Shown here piece after piece: positions 60,427 to 64,000 of a stretch of 64,000 nucleotides of DNA. How positions within the stretch are numbered: the stretch's first letter is position 1; the number at the start of each line of letters is the position of its first letter. The notes beneath the pieces are model-generated. The model was not told the DNA's origin. It saw nothing but the letters and a program-made list of their open reading frames with translations, and did not search any database. Source of the stretch: a bacterium (lineage in GTDB: Bacteria; UBA8248). The position numbers were made by a program, and so were the translations under genes. Location: positions 2,208,001 through 2,272,000 of the forward strand of contig OZ241875.1 in assembly GCA_965203325.1 (NCBI GenBank), read 5' to 3'.

Positions 60427-61566
60427 ATGATTGAGCTGCTCGGCATCGGTCACCTCTTCGAGCTTTCCCGGGCGGAAGCGGTTGCGGGGTTTTTCACCCC
60501 GCTCGTGGTCTTCGCCGCCTTTTTCGTGGCGCAACTCGCCTTGCCGGGCAGGTGGGTTCCCGGCTACGTCATCGACTCCGAGACGGGCGAGCCCCGCAAA
60601 TACCGGCTGAACGGCCTCCTGGTTTTCGTGGTCGCGCAGATCGTGTGGGCTTTCGAGCTCACCGGGATGCCGCGCGAGTGGTTCTACCGCTCCACGGTCT
60701 ACGCCGTAGCCGGCGGAACGGTCTTCACCACCATCTTCGCCGTCATCGCGGTGTACAGCCGGCCGCCGGGGGAGGAAAAGAATCCGCTCCTGGCGCTGTG
60801 GGACGGGCGGGCGCAGGAGATATCGTTCTTCAAGAGCCGCTTCGACGTGAAGATGTATTTCTACGTCGTCGGCGGGACGATGCTCTCGCTGAACGCCCTC
60901 TCGGGCGCCGCGTACCACTGGGAGCACTTCGGCGCAGACTTCAACCCGGGCGTTTTCCTGTATGCGGCGTTCTTCACGTTCTACGTACTGGACTACTTCA
61001 TCTTCGAGCGCGTCCAGCTCTATACCTACGATCTGATCCACGAGAACGTCGGCTTCAAGCTGTTCTGGGGCGGCCTCGTGGTCTACGGGTGGATGTTCAT
61101 CCTCCCGCTGTGGGGCATGGCCGCCTACCCCGACCCCCGATTCTCGCCGGGGTGGAAGAAGGTATGGCTCATCGGAACGGCCGCGCTGTTCCTGTTCGGG
61201 TGGGGCATCGGGCGCGGCGCCAACCTGCAGAAATACACGTTCAAAAGGTGGCCCGAGCGCAAGTTTCTGGGCCTCATCGAGCCCGTCTACATCGAGGCGG
61301 GTGAGCGCAAGATACTTTGCAGCGGCCTGTGGGGCGTCGCCCGTCACTTCAACTACATGGGCGAGGGGTTCCTGGCCCTCTCCATCGCCCTGGTGTTCGG
61401 CTACTTCACGAATCCCTGGGCCTGGACCTATTTCGTCTTCATCGTCTCGTTCTTCACCTGCCGTCAGCGTTACGACGACGCCTACTGCGCCGAGAAATAC
61501 GGCGCGGAGAAGTGGGCGGAGTATCAGGCGCGGGTGAAGTACCGGATATTCCCCGGCGTTTATTGA
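60427..61566 (+). CDS. ERG4/ERG24-family sterol reductase-like membrane protein
   Basis: YRLNG, DLIHE..GF, ANLQK..F, SGLWGVARHFNYMGE, R...DD..C.EKYG..W.EY...V.YRI.P..Y. Confidence 0.85.
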   Translation: MIELLGIGHLFELSRAEAVAGFFTPLVVFAAFFVAQLALPGRWVPGYVIDSETGEPRKYRLNGLLVFVVAQIVWAFELTGMPREWFYRSTVYAVAGGTVFTTIFAVIAVYSRPPGEEKNPLLALWDGRAQEISFFKSRFDVKMYFYVVGGTMLSLNALSGAAYHWEHFGADFNPGVFLYAAFFTFYVLDYFIFERVQLYTYDLIHENVGFKLFWGGLVVYGWMFILPLWGMAAYPDPRFSPGWKKVWLIGTAALFLFGWGIGRGANLQKYTFKRWPERKFLGLIEPVYIEAGERKILCSGLWGVARHFNYMGEGFLALSIALVFGYFTNPWAWTYFVFIVSFFTCRQRYDDAYCAEKYGAEKWAEYQARVKYRIFPGVY

Positions 61567-61620
61567 TGGCGCTCCTTCGACAGGCTCCGGACAGGCCCTT
61601 CGATACAAACGCTCCTTTAT

Positions 61621-61888
61621 CGGGGCCGCCCAAAAAGTCCTGCGGGGCAGTAACCCCCCTACCCCCCCTTGTCAGGGGGGTATAAAAAGGCGATGCGCCC
61701 CACCGGTCTGAGGGGGCTTTGATTTTCTTGCCCCCTGACAATAAGGGGACAGAGGTCGCCGGGTGGAGCAGCTGAGGGGGTTTTGATCTTGCCCCCCTGA
61801 CAAGGGGGGTAGGGGGGGTTGCCTTTATGGGATTTCCCTTTCAAGGGGGTTGCCATTACCCTCTCAGGGGCTTCTTCAACAGCTCCCA
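61621..61888. repeat. Palindromic repeat cluster (CCCCCTTGTCAGGGG family)
   Basis: Inverted arms at 61652-61680 and 61792-61820, partial internal copy, degenerate outer inverted repeats. Confidence 0.8.
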
Positions 61889-61971
61889 AGGGGGGAATGA
61901 TTTTCGGGCGCTCGCCACTTCATTCGAAAAACTGGTTGGTGAGGTGTCCAAACCCACCGATAGCCTTCCCC

Positions 61972-62844
61972 TCACTCTCCGATCTTCCAGACGCCCTTCT
62001 CCCGGAAAGCGGGGATGGTCTGGCGGCGGGCGGCGTTGGTCGTGGCGGGGGCCGAGAGGCCTCTCTTCCTGATGTAGTCGGAGAGCCGCACGACCGATTC
62101 GCCCCTGAGGTAGGTCACCCGTTTGTGCAGCGATTCCAGAAGCGCGAGCGAGAAGATGTTCTCCATCGTCCGGGCCGTCCGGCGGTCGCGATAGTCGCCA
62201 AACGCCTGGTAGTAGCGCTCCCTCTCCGAGTATCGGATGATGAGGCGCGGCAGGCCGAGTTGTAGAAGCTGGAAGTTGATGATCACACGACCGATCCGTC
62301 CGTTGCCGTCGCAGAAGGGATGAATCGTCTCGAAATCCAGATGGAACCGGGCGATCTTGTCGAGGCAGTAGGAATCCAGATCGCTCGAATATGTGATGAG
62401 GATGTTCTCCATCATGCGCTCCACGTGCTCGGGCGCGGGCGCGATATGCGTACCCACGCGCACGTACTCTCCCTGTCCCCGAAACCGGCCCGCGATGGCG
62501 TCGTCGATGCCGCCGATGAGCATCTGGTGCAAGAGCAGTATCAACTCCTCATCCAGTTCGCTATCTTCCGCCCGCGCGCGCTTGTATTCGGTGACGCGGG
62601 CCAGATTCCTGGCTTCAAAAACCTCCCGCACCGACACCTCGCGCGCGAGGGATTGCTCCAGCAGGATTCTTTCGGTTTCATCGAGTGTGAGGGTGGAGTT
62701 TTCAATCGCGTTCGAGTTGTAGACGCTCTCGGGGATTTCGACCTCGTCGATCATTGCCAGAAGCGATTCCCTGCCCCGGCGCAAGGCGTCGTATTCCCGC
62801 TTGAGAGCCCCGATGCGATCTTTTATCGGCCCCGGAGTAGTCAT
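61972..62844 (-). CDS. Fic family protein
   Basis: SNAIENST (inhibitory-helix-like motif), HPFCDGNGRIGR. Confidence 0.92.
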   Translation of the reverse strand: MTTPGPIKDRIGALKREYDALRRGRESLLAMIDEVEIPESVYNSNAIENSTLTLDETERILLEQSLAREVSVREVFEARNLARVTEYKRARAEDSELDEELILLLHQMLIGGIDDAIAGRFRGQGEYVRVGTHIAPAPEHVERMMENILITYSSDLDSYCLDKIARFHLDFETIHPFCDGNGRIGRVIINFQLLQLGLPRLIIRYSERERYYQAFGDYRDRRTARTMENIFSLALLESLHKRVTYLRGESVVRLSDYIRKRGLSAPATTNAARRQTIPAFREKGVWKIGE

Positions 62845-62850
62845 GCCGTT

Positions 62851-62943
62851 ACTATAATATATTCACGCTAAAGCATCAATGTCCCGTGAATGAACCTCAT
62901 AAAACGCCCTTTATTCACGCTAAATCGCTTAAATAACGTGAAT
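62851..62943 (-). promoter_or_regulatory. Leaderless-type promoter of fic with two ATTCACG-N17-CGTGAAT operators
   Basis: TTGATG(62879-62874)-N17-TATAGT(62856-62851)-6 nt-ATG; palindromes at 62861-62891 and 62913-62943. Confidence 0.7.
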
Positions 62944-63074
62944 CACTCTTCAGGCCTTTTGCCCGCATCGGGCCGCCCGGATAGTTTTCCTTGACACTCA
63001 TCCTGCCCCTCGCTAGGTTGGTTGGAGACTCCGACACGTCCTCCATAGCACGTCGCTGGTCCGGGAGAGGATTC

Positions 63075-64000
63075 ATGGCCATCGCATCGGATGTGGAAAT
63101 CGCGCAAGCCGCGAAGCTCAAACCCATCACGGAAATCGCCGAAGAACTGGGCCTGGGGCCGGAGGAGATAGAACTCTACGGCGCGCACAAGGCCAAGGTG
63201 AGCCTCGATGCGCTCGAACGCCGCAAGGACGCGCCGGACGGAAAACTCATCCTCGTCACCGCCATGACACCCACCCCGCTGGGCGAGGGCAAGACGCTCA
63301 CCACGGTGGGGCTCGGCCAGGCGCTGGCGCGGCTCGGCAAGAAAAGCGTCATCTGCGTGCGCGAACCCTCCCTCGGCCCCGTGTTCGGCATCAAGGGGGG
63401 CGCGGCCGGCGGCGGCATGTCCCAGGTGCTGCCGATGGAGGACATCAATCTCCACTTCACGGGCGACATCCACGCCGTCACCTCCGCGCACAACCTGCTC
63501 TCCACCCTGCTGGACGCGCACATATTCCACGGAAACGATCTCAGCCTGGACGTGAACCGCGTCACCTGGAAGCGCGTGCTGGACATGAACGACCGCGCGC
63601 TGCGCCACGTGCTCGTGGGTCTCGGCGGCAGGACGCACGGCGTGCCCAGGGAGGAGGGCTTCATGATCACGGCGGCGTCCGAAGTCATGGCCGTGCTGTG
63701 CCTCGCGCGCGACCCGCAGGACATGAAAGAGCGCATCGCGCGGGTCGTCGTCGGCTACACGCGGAAGGGCGCGCCCATCACCGCGGGCGATCTGAACGCC
63801 GCGGGCGCGATGGCCCTGCTCTTAAAAGACGCCATCAAGCCCAATCTGGTGCAGACGCTGGAGGGCTCGCCCGCCTTCGTCCACGGGGGGCCGTTCGGGA
63901 ACATCGCCCACGGCACGAACTCGCTCATCGCGGACAAGCTGGCGTTAAAGCTGGGCGACGTGATGGTGGTGGAGGCGGGATTCGGCTCCGACCTGGGTGC
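63075..64000 (+). CDS. fhs: Formate--tetrahydrofolate ligase (5' part, runs off the window; absent from the ORF track)
   Basis: [63 protein letters not shown]. Confidence 0.97.
   Translation, partial: MAIASDVEIAQAAKLKPITEIAEELGLGPEEIELYGAHKAKVSLDALERRKDAPDGKLILVTAMTPTPLGEGKTLTTVGLGQALARLGKKSVICVREPSLGPVFGIKGGAAGGGMSQVLPMEDINLHFTGDIHAVTSAHNLLSTLLDAHIFHGNDLSLDVNRVTWKRVLDMNDRALRHVLVGLGGRTHGVPREEGFMITAASEVMAVLCLARDPQDMKERIARVVVGYTRKGAPITAGDLNAAGAMALLLKDAIKPNLVQTLEGSPAFVHGGPFGNIAHGTNSLIADKLALKLGDVMVVEAGFGSDLG

Noticed and set aside
62990..63074. ZTP or THF riboswitch upstream of fhs
   Set aside because: The leader is short and I could not find the conserved aptamer sequences.

Overview
GC-rich bacterial chromosomal segment, mostly housekeeping and catabolic genes (bioD, class I FBP aldolase/fbp, thiL/thiE, serS, two tRNA-Ser, ffs-dnaX-ybaB-recR, kbl, 5' part of fhs), interrupted by accessory DNA. 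Highlights: (1) three genes split in the ORF track by in-frame UGA codons that fall exactly on catalytic Cys positions, each followed by a SECIS-like hairpin: an AhpD-like protein with a double-Sec UxxU motif (30326-30925), an OsmC-family protein (56639-57199) and a DUF442/PTP-fold protein (57222-57674). A yqeC homologue and an orphan Mo-hydroxylase subunit also point to selenium use. (2) A ~5.9 kb lower-GC island beside tRNA-Ser(TGA), bounded by a 122-bp direct repeat and encoding DNA methyltransferase + HerA ATPase + NurA nuclease + PIN protein, a candidate defence system. (3) A ~310-nt strongly base-paired non-coding segment between serS and tRNA-Ser that I cannot match to a known RNA class. 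(4) Two toxin-antitoxin pairs and two Fic genes with visible operator repeats. (5) Several nested families of REP/MITE-like palindromes. (6) An ERG4/ERG24-type sterol reductase. All calls are by-eye motif recognition; no database searches were run.
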